Shown: positions 11,383 through 22,146 of the stretch, piece by piece
Numbering within the stretch: the first letter of the stretch is position 1
How the letters are laid out: the number at the start of each line of letters is the position of its first letter
Source: Octopus bimaculoides
Taxonomy: Eukaryota
DNA length: 34,464 nucleotides
Assembly (NCBI RefSeq): GCF_001194135.2
Contig: NC_069002.1
Span: forward strand, 22,766,788-22,801,251
Reading direction: 5' to 3'
Notes under the pieces: model-generated
Databases searched by the model: none
Told to the model about the DNA's origin: nothing
The model's input: only the letters and a program-made list of their open reading frames with translations
Position numbers and translations under genes: made by a program

Positions 11383-12290
11383 GGTGTTCCTTGAAACAGC
11401 TTTCTTGGGTGTAAATCAGCAAATATGTGAAAAGGTGATGTTTCACAGTATTTTGTAGACAAGTTAAATAAAGAATATTAACTAAAAATAGTTTTTAACC
11501 ATCGTTGAGTCATCTGTGCTGTTCATGTGAGATTTGGATGAATTCAGTCAAAAATGAGGGATTTAAGGGCAAAAACCAGTTTTCTACTCAGTTTTTCACA
11601 GTTGTTGGTCATATGCAGAGGAATTCTGTGCAAATCAGAGTCTCCTAACATTATCCTTAGGATGAGTAAATAGTGTGCAAAGTTTGAACGCAATCCACCA
11701 AAACAGTGAGAAGTTTTTGAAGATTTAAAGGGGAAAAAAGTGTATAAAATCGAATTTTCACGGTTTTTTGTGGTTTTTTGTCACACATGGATGCCTTTGG
11801 ACATAGAACAGATACATGGTGGTTTTTTAGCCGTAAAAACCATGGAAATCGGACTTTCCATTAAAAAGTCTTCTACCATGTAACTTTGCAAAAATGCAAA
11901 AGATTGATTTTTTTCAAAGTTTTTCGCAATTTACTTGGAAATCAGAGGCCCCAAGGCAGTGCTAAAATATTTGTCTGAAATGTCACAACTTGATGGTCCT
12001 TTTGACACCAAAATTATTAAAATCGGATGTTCCTGTAAAAACTTTTCTCACGTGCAACTTTTGCCTTCTTTTGCAAAAAGTGGGTGGGGGTCCCTTCAGT
12101 TTTATCGTTTTCTTCTCCTAGGAGGAGGTATCTCTAGGCATTGGTAATGCAGCAGTGGCCTGCCTGGGTAAATTTGCCATTTAATAAAACGAATTTCATG
12201 AAAGTCGGATGAAAATTGTAGAAACGCATAAAAAGTATAGACACATACACACACACATTTTGAATTAAATTGGATAAAATAAATATATCA
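10812..12290. mobile_element. Helitron/Helentron-like non-autonomous element (tentative)
   Basis: One end has the hairpin tacccggcgttgcttgggta (10826-10845); the other has aatttcatgaaagtcggatgaaaattgtag, (CA)n and an AT-rich terminus. This layout matches DINE/HINE-type elements as I recall them. Confidence 0.4.
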
Positions 12291-12305
12291 ATTGAAATTG
12301 TATAA

Positions 12306-12565
12306 ATTGATCTAGATCAATACTAATATATTTATCCAGATCAATATTGGTAACTTGATCTCGTCTTTATTGATTGATTTAGACTATATTGGTAAATTGA
12401 GATCAGTATTGCTAAATCGATATAGATCGTATTGGTAAATTGATCTAGATAAATATTGGAAAATTGATCTAGGTCAATATTGATATATTGATCTAGGTCA
12501 ATATTGGTATATTGATTTAGGTCAATATTGGTATATTGATCTAGGACATTATTGGTAAATTAATT
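12306..12565. repeat. 24-bp minisatellite, about 11 degenerate units (ATTGATCTAGRTCAAT + ATTGGTAW)
   Basis: Units can be read directly; the first 16 bp at 12306-12321 form the perfect palindrome ATTGATCTAGATCAAT. Confidence 0.85.
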
Positions 12566-13051
12566 CAATCTAAATTTTCCTAGAACCTTAAAAATGAAGG
12601 GAAAGAAAGGGGGAAAATGTAAAAAGTACTTATGTTCAAAAATATATTTTTGTGTTAAAGAAGAGAATTAGATTCTAAGGAGGGGAAATTAATGGATCAT
12701 GCATTTAACGAGCTTGAGGCTAATAGCATGTTTTAAAATAGGTTACACCAGTGCAAATAAATGCTGGAAGTTGATTGTATTGTTTTTGAGAGGAGGGGTT
12801 GGGTTTGCTTTTTTTAAAATTTGTTCTTTAAATAAATTCTAATGATAATGTTAAGGAGAACTGGCCATGGCAGAAGAACTTTAAAGTAATAAAGGCTTCA
12901 CTGAACATTTAAATTGGTACCTTAAATTACCCAGGATGTGCGTATGTGTGTTTGTGGATATTGCACAGTAACATATCTGTGTATATAGAAGTGCAAGCCA
13001 TAGATGTGTGTAGGTATACACACTCGGACACACATACACATGCCGCCATAC

Positions 13052-13103
13052 CTGTTCATAGTGAATTTTGTCTCTACATAGACTGAAAATATATCCTCCT
13101 CCA
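13052..13103 (-). CDS. Candidate exon of unidentified minus-strand gene ((V)EEDIFSVYVETKFTMN(S))
   Basis: Strong donor CAG|gtatgg. The acceptor is ambiguous (exon start 13082, 13103 or 13110); each option can join one of the two acceptors of the 10021 exon in frame. Confidence 0.4.
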
Positions 13104-13155
13104 CTTATAACTTGTAAAAGACTAGTTCAGAGCCTTTGTGGCCAATGAAGAAAGG

Positions 13156-13187
<32 letters not shown>

Positions 13188-13488
13188 GGATGCTTTTTTA
13201 TGTGGCACCAGCACTGGCCAGGGTCACCAAGCAACTTACAAGACAAGAAATTTTGAGAGGGACAGGGGCATTTGAGGAGGGGAACTTGTGTCAGAAGATG
13301 AAGGACTAGAGTATGGCAGAGAGGCAGAGTGGTGTTATGGGTCAGTGACATCTTCCTGATGACAAATGACCTAGAAATGTGATAAAATCCATATAATCTC
13401 AATATCATGTGTAAAACAAATAATCTTTTACAGTGCAACATTTCTTTTGTAGTTCAGTATATATACACATACATGCATATATATATAT

Positions 13489-13519
<31 letters not shown>

Positions 13520-13654
13520 ATTTAGGGTATCTAAGAGACACCGCCACTCTGAAAATAGCAGTCAAATCTTGACTCTAAAACCACAATAAATGTTCATATA
13601 ACACCAGGAGAGAAGACAAAGAGACAAAATAAACTAGCAAAAAATTACTGGATA

Positions 13655-13712
13655 ATTCCAGATTCCGGATTTCTGGTTCTGCATAAGCAATGCTTTGCCT
13701 CATCAGTGGAAT
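13655..13712 (-). ncRNA. Putative type I hammerhead ribozyme (non-canonical stem II)
   Basis: Minus strand: AUUCCA-CUGAUGA-G...hairpin...-GAAA-UCCGGAA-UC-UGGAAU; 6-bp stem I and intact core, palindromic stem III; the base before GAAA is A rather than C. Confidence 0.6.
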
Positions 13713-13734
13713 ATACACAGAAAAGCACATAAAT

Positions 13735-13774
<40 letters not shown>

Positions 13775-14864
13775 CGATATCCTTACATATATGAACGTAT
13801 ACATTACATATATATGCACGTATGCACATGACCAGTTTAAATTGCCTGCTTAAAAATTCCTCGTGTGATATGGTCAGAATATCACCGCAGTAAATATAAT
13901 GACGAAGTAAATATATATAAATTTATATAAATGAGGATAAGATCAATATTTAAAATATCGATTTTATCAAGTGGCCAGCATGGGAATAAAAAACCATCAA
14001 CGGTATTAATTATTTAAAATTATAATGTAGGGTATCTAAGAGACACCGCCACGCTGAAAATAGCAGTCAAATCTTGACTCTAAAACCACAATAAATGTTC
14101 ATATAGCACCAGATTACCTTTGATGGTTTTTATTCCCATGCTGGCCACTTGATAAAATTGATATTTTAAATATTGATCTTATCCTCATGTTAAAAAAAGA
14201 AGAAAAATAAAAAATAAAGAAAAGTGTTGCATAGACGTAAAGGGGAGAGTCATAAGGAGGAGGGGGCTGCGTTGAGTCCGAAGGGGAAAGAAGAATTAAG
14301 GTTAAAAATATAGCGTTGCTCCAAGNNNNNNNNNNNNNNNNNNNNNNNNNNNNNNNNNNNNNNNNNNNNNNNNNNNNNNNNNNNNNNNNNNNNNNNNNNN
14401 NNNNNNNNNNNNNNNNNNNNNNNNNNNNNNNNNNNNNNNNNNNNNNNNNNNNNNNNNNNNNNNNNNNNNNNNNNNNNNNNNNNNNNNNNNNNNNNNNNNN
14501 NNNNNNNNNNNNNNNNNNNNNNNNNNNNNNNNNNNNNNNNNNNNNNNNNNNNNNNNNNNNNNNNNNNNNNNNNNNNNNNNNNNNNNNNNNNNNNNNNNNN
14601 NNNNNNNNNNNNNNNNNNNNNNNNNNNNNNNNNNNNNNNNNNNNNNNNNNNNNNNNNNNNNNNNNNNNNNNNNNNNNNNNNNNNNNNNNNNNNNNNNNNN
14701 NNNNNNNNNNNNNNNNNNNNNNNNNNNNNNNNNNNNNNNNNNNNNNNNNNNNNNNNNNNNNNNNNNNNNNNNNNNNNNNNNNNNNNNNNNNNNNNNNNNN
14801 NNNNNNNNNNNNNNNNNNNNNNNNNNNNNNNNNNNNNNNNNNNNNNNNNNNNNNNNNNNNNNNN

Positions 14865-15169
14865 GAGAAGTTGAGGTAGAGGTGGGAGTCAGTGGGTTTG
14901 AAGAAGGCGGAGGTAGTTAGAGTGTTGATGGAAAGAGAGTTGTCGAGGAAGTTAACAGAGGTGTCAGAGATGGTAGAAGTAAAGTCAAGAGCAGGGTGGA
15001 AGTTAGAGAGGAAGGAGATGAAAAGGCAGAGCTGTTCGCGGGAGAGGGAGGTGGCTCCTATACAGTCATCTATGTAGCGACCGTATAGTTCTGGAGTCGG
15101 ACAGGAGAATTGGGAGAATACTTGGGCCTCAATGTAACCAACAAAGAGGTTGGCGTAATTGGGCCCCAT
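14865..15169 (-). pseudogene. Penelope-like reverse transcriptase fragment
   Basis: Stop-free for about 100 aa with the YIDD catalytic motif; starts mid-domain next to a microsatellite and runs into the gap. Confidence 0.85.
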
Positions 15170-15239
15170 CACCCACATATATCTATATGCATATATACAC
15201 ACATGCACATGCACGTACACACACATATGTATATGTATG

Positions 15240-15385
15240 TATGCATCTGTAGGTGTGTATCCTTGTGCCTGTGTTTTTCCCTTCCCCCACCACTGTTTGA
15301 CAAATTAGTATTGGTGTGTGTTTACATCCCCGTAACTTCTGTAACTTAGCAGTTTGGCAAAAAGGACAGAAAAAACAAGTACTCT
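15240..15385 (+). mobile_element. Family B SINE 3' portion
   Basis: ttggtgtgtgtttacatccccgtaactt...gcagtttggcaaaaaggacag matches 33950-33995. Confidence 0.65.
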
Positions 15386-16749
15386 TGATAGGTCTTGTTT
15401 TTGCCCTGCTGGGTTTTTAGTAACCTCCCTCACCAGAATATTCTAGCGGTGGTGGTAGTGGAAGTGGTGGTGGTGGCTGTGGTAGTGGTTCCACCAGTTT
15501 AGTCACTACCTAACATGTTGTACTGAATTAGGTGTTACCAATTGCATTCCAAGTGACTTGACATGCATTTTATAAATATCTAATTGCACCATTGTATTAA
15601 TTAGTAAGTTACTCAACATAACTCTTTAAATTGTACATGTTTATTCTTAGAACAGTACATTAATTTGATGTTACTATTATGTCTACCAAAACAAACTTCT
15701 GCTTCGTTATTCTTGCATTTCTTCATAGAATATTCCAGTAATGTAAGAGATTTACAAAATATGATATTTTAGGTTATTTTTTTCCCCCAGGTATTTTTTT
15801 GCTTTCTTCAGCTAAAGAATATGAATTTCTTTTAGTTTTTCCTGAAAAGTCTAAACAAATATCACATTAATTGAAATATCTCCAAGAACACAGTTTGACT
15901 AAACTTCAGTTTCTTTGATTCTCTACTTAGAATTCATTACATGGAAAACTCTTGTATAATATGCTGAAGGTTCCAGAAAATCAAGACACAAATAAAACAA
16001 ATTTGCAGGTCATTTGATTGCAACATATACAAATCAACTCACCAGACAGTAGATGAACCCCTTGAAGACTTCCTCAACTAATGCAAGACTGAGGTGAATG
16101 ATGGGTGTGAGTTAAAAATGTCCAAGCAGACTTGACCGGATGATGATGATGATGATGAATGTCACCATTTTTAAGAATCATATGCCATTCCCACGTACCA
16201 TTGAGCTTTTGTGCATTTTGTAAATTGCCAAGAATTTGGATTGTTTCTAAATTTTTCTAATTGTTTAGCAAGGGTGGAAGAGGCAATGCCCATAAACCCT
16301 TTACAGAGGGTCCAAGACTAATGGGAAGGTGGGAGGAAGATATCCCCAAATCAGGGACCTGGTCAGAATGCTTGCAACACAGTGTAATCCCATAATGGCA
16401 CCCAAGGTACTCAAGATGGAGGGGTTAAACTAGGAAATAGATGAAGTCCACTACCTCCTCCCAAATTAATGTTACTTCATGTAAAAGTTCATTCATATTT
16501 AAATATAGTTTCTGATTTAGTTTTAAAACTTTAGTGTCTGAATTTCCTTTTAAAGGAGTTTTTGGTGACTATCAACTAGTCAGGATCCTTTTCCCAATTG
16601 TTCTTATATGAACAACTTCTTTATTTTCTTTTCCTTATGGGCTTCTATAGTTAATAGAAATCGTTTAATTAATGACTCTATGAACAATCACATATCATTC
16701 ACATCATTTGCTTATTGTGAGATGTAAAATCTAAAACAGTAACAAAAGT

Positions 16750-17229
16750 ATTTTACAGGCAAAAAAGTAATATTTTGAACATAGTATAACCATGAAAACA
16801 GCAGAAAGATTGGGTATCTTACCCTTATAAGACGGAAAAATACCCAGTCTTTCTGCTGTTTCCGTGGGTATACTGCGTTCAAAATGTTACTTTCTTGTCT
16901 GTATATTCGAAACATATTCGATGCTTCCAAAAATGGCAAAAGTTTGTTTACAATATGTTGTTGTATTCCAAAAGATGCTATGATATTTAGCCTTTAATTT
17001 GATGGTGATTGTCAACAGGCAGTGTGGGTTTGAGGAGTGTGGTTTGAGTCCTATGTGTAATAGTCCTATGGCTGTCTGACAACCTTTTCCATCATGAAAG
17101 GGTGAAACACCCAATCTCTCTGCTATTTCCATGGCTACAATGCATTCAAAATATTACGTTCTTTTCTGTATAATACAAAACACATTCAACGCTTCCAAAA
17201 ACATAAAAAACGTTTGTTTACAATATGTT
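16750..17229. repeat. Fold-back inverted repeat plus diverged direct copy
   Basis: 16750-16817 is the reverse complement of 16840-16907 (inner 22 bp with one mismatch, 22-nt spacer); 16838-16958 recurs directly at about 17105-17229. Confidence 0.75.
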
Positions 17230-17272
17230 TGAATAAAAAAAGTAAATTTAATAATTCACTAAAATATAAAAG

Positions 17273-17718
17273 GAGCAGGCATGGCTGCTTGGGTTCAAAT
17301 CCACTGCTAACAGTTTGGGGCAAATAACCTCTACTATAGCTCTGGGTCAACGAAAGCCCTGTGGTTGAACTTGGTAGATAGAAACTGATAGAATTCCATT
17401 GTATATGTGTATGTATGTATGCATGTGTGTGTGTGTGTGCACATGCTTGTATGTGTTTGCATGTGTGTATGTGCACATGCATGCATGTGTGTCCTTGTCT
17501 TGACATTATGTGACAGATGTGAACTAGTGTCACTATCACACAAGTAATGTCCTTTGTTTCTGTAAATCTGTCCAGCTATAGGGAAATATTGTTTGGAAAC
17601 AGGTGAAGGTTGGTGACAGGAAGAGCATCTAACTGTAGAAAATCTATGTCAGTGAATTCTGTCTGACCTATTCAAGCGCAGAAAAGGAGACCTTGAAACA
17701 ATGATGATGGTGATGATA
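17273..17718 (+). mobile_element. SINE with family B head and RTE-like 3' tail
   Basis: Partial tRNA head and core, (TG)n, then gagcatctaactgtagaaa ... (GAT)n tail resembling the RTE 3' end. Confidence 0.65.
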
Positions 17719-18112
17719 TACAGATATGTGTGCAGATTGTAAGCAAACATCAGTGTCATTGAAGCAATGTTTTTTACTTAGAATCTTTGGAAACATATTC
17801 AGACTATGAGAAAATATCATTTTGGCTGTATGCAGGCTGGAAACAAAAAAAGCATCCAGCTGTATAAAATCTGTGTGTATATGTATATATGTATGTGTTT
17901 GTGGAGTTGTGTGGTGCATGTGTGTGCGCCCATGTGTATATGTTTGTGTGTACATGGGGTTGTGTGTGTGTGGAGGTATATGTGCGTTCCTACATTATAT
18001 TAACCACTTAAAGGGATAATTACATCCAAGAGAACACTGGTTCAATACCTTATGTCTTTGAGAAATGAAATTTCCTTAAATCAATGGGTATATATTAAGT
18101 ATATAATCTGTG

Positions 18113-18420
18113 TTAAATTAAGAGAAAAAATTGGAGAGTTATTGGTTAATATTTATTTATTAATAAATTGATAATCATTTTTTCCTACAGCTGTTTCTAT
18201 TTATACTCATTGGATAAATTACAAATTTATGCATTAAATTTGCATTTATAAGTTATGAGTAAAATATTATCAGGGTAAAGTTAGACATTAAACAATTACA
18301 TGTTGACCTATCTGTTCATTCTAAGTATAAATGGAAACATCTGTAGGAAGAAATGATATTAAATTAAGAGAAGAAAATGGAGACTTAGTGGTTGATATTT
18401 ATTTATTAATAAATTGATAA
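18113..18420. repeat. 62-bp direct repeat pair (18113-18174, 18359-18420)
   Basis: ttaaattaagaga...atatttatttattaataaattgataa occurs twice, 246 bp apart. Confidence 0.75.
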
Positions 18421-18939
18421 GGACTCTTATATGTAATTACACATTTTTCTAAATCTTGTATGACTCTGTTTCTGTCTATCAGCCCCTTCACCCTTATTCG
18501 TTCATTTCACTGATTGTTCTTTCATTCCCCCTCGCTCACATTTCCTTGCCTTCTCTTCTCCCTCCATTTTTCACTTCACTGTGTCCCTGTCATTTTTTCT
18601 CGCCCTTTCCCTAATTCTTTTGGCCCTATGCCTCTACCACTCTCTCTTCTCTTCCCACGTGACCGATGTTTGGCCAAGCCTGACCTTTCTTTCTTGGGCG
18701 GCCGTTGTGCGTGCAACATCGATATTCCTCCCTGTGCCTGTGAACTCTTGTATCCCGGCCGTAAGGCGTTATTGATAACCAGCTGAAATTGCAAGGATAA
18801 TCTGGATCTCGACTGAAGAGATAAAACTCCGAATGACCTGTCCGTGTTTTCTTTGTATCATCTATCTGTATGTTTTGTTCCTTTCTTGTATCACCTAACT
18901 GTCTGGATGTTTTGTGTTCTTGTCCCATTCTGTATTATT

Positions 18940-19011
<72 letters not shown>

Positions 19012-19029
19012 TTTTGTTGTTTTGACTTG

Positions 19030-19252
19030 ATGTAATATTTGGAAATGAATGTCACCATCATGTGAGTGGTGTCCTTCATTTCTAACCTGTTACGAAAACA
19101 GTGTCTGACCTCAGGGGAAATATTAACCTTATTAGGAAACAGGTGATGGCTAGCAACACAAAAGGCATCCAGCTGCAGAAAATCCACTTCAACAAATTCC
19201 ATCCAACCCATGCAAACATGAAAACGTGGATGTGAAAAAGAATGATGATGTT
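19030..19252 (+). mobile_element. SINE 3' half with RTE-like tail
   Basis: ggcatccagctgcagaaa and ccaacccatgcaaacatgaaaa...gatgatg match the RTE 3' terminus. Confidence 0.65.
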
Positions 19253-19329
19253 AAAATGTTCTACTACTTGTGAAATGACACACACATTGACATTTTTATA
19301 AAATGGATCTATTTTTTTGTGTATTTCAG

Positions 19330-19407
19330 GTAATTTTTACCCACCAGTGAATGCAGTGTGTATTGGGATTGTTCATGGTGTTGTTGGAAAAGTAAAAGCA
19401 CACACAG
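19330..19407 (+). CDS. INPP5F: INPP5F/SAC2 phosphoinositide phosphatase, internal coding exon (equivalent to vertebrate exon 2), phase 1 to 1
   Basis: Acceptor tttttttgtgtatttcag, donor CAG|gtaagt, 78 nt, only one open frame: (G)NFYPPVNAVCIGIVHGVVGKVKAHT(D). Matches the human INPP5F segment as I recall it (WNPICLGLVEGVIGKIQLHSD). Confidence 0.88.
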
Positions 19408-19499
19408 GTAAGTCCTATCTTTTTGTTTTTTATCTTAATTGTTTTTAATTGTTTGTGTTTTATGGTTTTGCCTTTTTTTTTAACTATGAGACACATTAG

Positions 19500-19666
19500 T
19501 CCACTTTGCAGGGTGATTGGTTTTAGGAAGGGCATCCAGTCATAAAAACCGTGCCAAAACAGACACAGAAGTCTGCTGCAGTCTTCTGCCCAGCCAGCTC
19601 TTGTCAATCTGTCCAACCCATGCCAGCATGGAAGGAATGCATTAAATAATGATGATGATGATGATT
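19500..19666 (+). mobile_element. Heavily 5'-truncated RTE 3' end
   Basis: aggaagggcatccag ... tccaacccatgccagcatggaa ... (GAT)n; colinear with the reverse complement of 3365-3500. Confidence 0.65.
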
Positions 19667-20967
19667 ACCTTCAACTTTAACTCTTTACCTGTCCTCCTGT
19701 GTATCACTGGTGAACATGCATCATTTATGATACACACTCCCATTCTTTTTCAACAACCAGAGTAGCTTGGGATTTATGAAAGGGAAGCTTTATATCACTG
19801 AAACGTATGAAACAAGGGCTGACTAAAAGAGCTGAAAAGAAGCATGAACATTTAGGACAAACATGAATATGCTTTGAACAGGCAAAGGGTTTAAATAGAT
19901 AATGGTCTGTTTTCTTTATGGTCATAAGTTCATATCTTACCACAAATATTTTGTTTCACCAGTAATCATGTAATGTAGCTTCAGGCTTACCCCAGTCTGA
20001 TTATCTGACAATTGTTCCATTCTCTTTTGAGTGGGTTGTGGTTGCCAGTGGAGAGTCAACATTAAGATTTAAAAAAACAAAAACCTAATAAAAAAAAAAA
20101 ATAGAAACTGAATCCTTGCTGTGATGGAGAAATATATTTTAATCTACAAAAATCACAAAATATGATTCATTTATTTCAGTTATTCAATTTTTCAAAAATT
20201 TATATAAAATCTATTTAAAATTAAATTAAAAAGATCTCTGGTGTTGCCAAGAAGGAGAAATAGATTTAACCTAAAAAAAAAAATCCATTTTGCTGCTAGA
20301 TTTCTGTTTTATTTTTATATTTCTGAAAATTCATTTAATTATTTTAATATTTCTTGATTCCAAATTCACTAAATGTATTTATTTCAATTCCTTTTGGTAC
20401 CAATTATTTTGTTTTCCTCCTCTAAAAATTCAGAAATATTGATAAAAATCTATTAATTTTAGAATTATTTTTACAAGTTTCATTTTTCAATCTCTCTATA
20501 ACTCATTGTCTTTTATTTAATGGCTTAGTCTGTAGAAAAGGTTTGTGTATTTGGTGCTGTTGCCAGTTTTCTGAGTCTGTTGCAGACCTGAGACAGATGA
20601 GGTTGGACATGTGTGTGTGTGTGTGTCAACAACATTCATTTTGGTCCTTTGTCATCTTCTTCACAACAATCTCAGATCAATGACCTCAAAATATGTTAGT
20701 CAATGACAAAAGTAGGACCCTACCACCATAGGACCTGTCCACCTGATGTTCACACTGCTGTCAAATATGTCAACATAAGTATTTTAATGACTCATTCCGG
20801 TGTGACTCTTGTTATAACAAGGCAAGAGATTTTCTTGTACTTTTTTCTTTTCCAGTCTATGTTTCTAACATCCCTATACATTACTTTACAAGCAAATAAA
20901 AGAAAACTGTTATTATTATTATTATTATTATTATAATTATTATTATTAGTAGTAGTAGTAGTAGTAT

Positions 20968-21183
20968 GACAGTGAACTGAGAGAATCGTTAGCATGCCAG
21001 ATGAAACCGTAGCGGTATTTTGACAAAACATTCTGAGTTCAAATTCTGCTGAGATCACCTCTGCCTTTCATCCTGTCAGGGCCTGTAAAGTACCAATTAA
21101 ATACTGGGAACAATATAATTGACTGGCCCCCTCCACCAAAAAAAACTTGTGTCTATAATTGAAAGGATTACTATTATTATTAT
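20968..21183 (+). mobile_element. tRNA-derived SINE, family A
   Basis: Same head, B box and core as the other copies; (ATT)n tail. Confidence 0.8.
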
Positions 21184-21189
21184 TGAGTG

Positions 21190-21745
21190 AGAGAGCAGTC
21201 CTTGCCATCAAAGTGACACTTGAGTAAAATATATGAAGGCCATTATATCCATCATGACTACCCATCTGATAAGGGTACACCAGGCACATGCATCACAGTC
21301 ATATGTGCGTGACACAGTGATCTCATATCAAAATAAACAGCACATGACCTTGCAGGTAGGACCCAGTTAGAGTTTTCTTCAGGTTGAGTAGCCCATCCCA
21401 CTCAAAAGGTCCCTGAATAAGGGTAGTTTAAGGGTGATGAACAAAACACCCATGTTTCCAAAGGTGAATTATCCAAACCCCAAATGATTCCTCTCAACAC
21501 ATGGCTATGATGCTCCCCTACTACTTCTGCTCCTGATCAGAGATGCACATATCAGCAGCCATTAAGGGGCATGCTCAACTGGTTAAGGTCAAACAACTGA
21601 CAAGCAAATCTGTGGTATTAAGCAGAATATTTGCTGTAGCCCATCTTTTACACCAAGACAAAACAATGTACATTATAACACTTCCAATCAGTTAACATCA
21701 GAAGCCATGAGAGCCACTGCCTGGTACTGCATCAGGACATTTATT
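21190..21745. repeat. Unclassified interspersed repeat (tentative)
   Basis: Higher-GC non-coding block between microsatellite tails; looks like a common octopus repeat from memory only, with no second copy in the window. Confidence 0.3.
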
Positions 21746-21885
21746 CTCAGAGCTCTTGGTCTTATTGCTTTGGCTGATTCTGTGAGAGCAGGCAGCAACA
21801 TGTTGCCAGAGGTCTCACAAGATCTCTTTCTGCAAATTATAAGCTTTAGTATTTGGATGCTAACTTATCATGGATTATTATTATT

Positions 21886-21929
<44 letters not shown>

Positions 21930-22009
21930 TATTATTATTAGTATTATTATTAGTATTATTATTATTATTATAATTTTTATTGTTATTTTTTTGCTTCTTT
22001 GATAACCAG

Positions 22010-22146
22010 ATTCAGAATGGAAATTGATTTTGATCAAAAATCAAAGCCTTGTTGGTCATATTCTTGAAACTCATGACATCTTCCAGATTAATAAAATTGC
22101 CATCCTCAGTTTGTCTGGTTTAGAACCAACAGAACTAGGACTTTCA
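22010..22146 (+). CDS. INPP5F: INPP5F/SAC2 internal coding exon (equivalent to exon 3), phase 1 to 0
   Basis: Acceptor ttttgcttctttgataaccag, donor TCA|gtaagt, 137 nt: (D)SEWKLILIKNQSLVGHILETHDIFQINKIAILSLSGLEPTELGLS. Resembles recalled human DLPWWLILIRQKALVGKLPGDHEVCKVTKIAVLSLSEMEPQDLELE and joins both neighbouring exons in frame. Confidence 0.9.

Larger units (their letters stand above)
13523..15172 (-). mobile_element. 5'-truncated Penelope-like retroelement (PLE) with complex 3' terminal repeats
   Basis: RT motifs MGPNYANLFVGYIE, LYGRYIDDC, VNFLD and KPTDSHLYL (15169-14865); GIY-YIG-type C-terminus LEQRYIFNLNSSFPFGLN with stop at 14250-14252; downstream 85-bp direct repeats, 75-bp inverted repeats and a hammerhead-like motif. 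Confidence 0.85.

Noticed and set aside
12306-12565. CRISPR array (palindromic repeats at regular spacing)
   Set aside because: The spacers are only 8 bp and nearly identical, there are no cas genes, and the context is eukaryotic; it is a minisatellite.
15940-16090. LTR retrotransposon gag fragment (QTVDEPLEDFLN*CK)
   Set aside because: One weak motif, with no LTRs, PBS or pol sequence.
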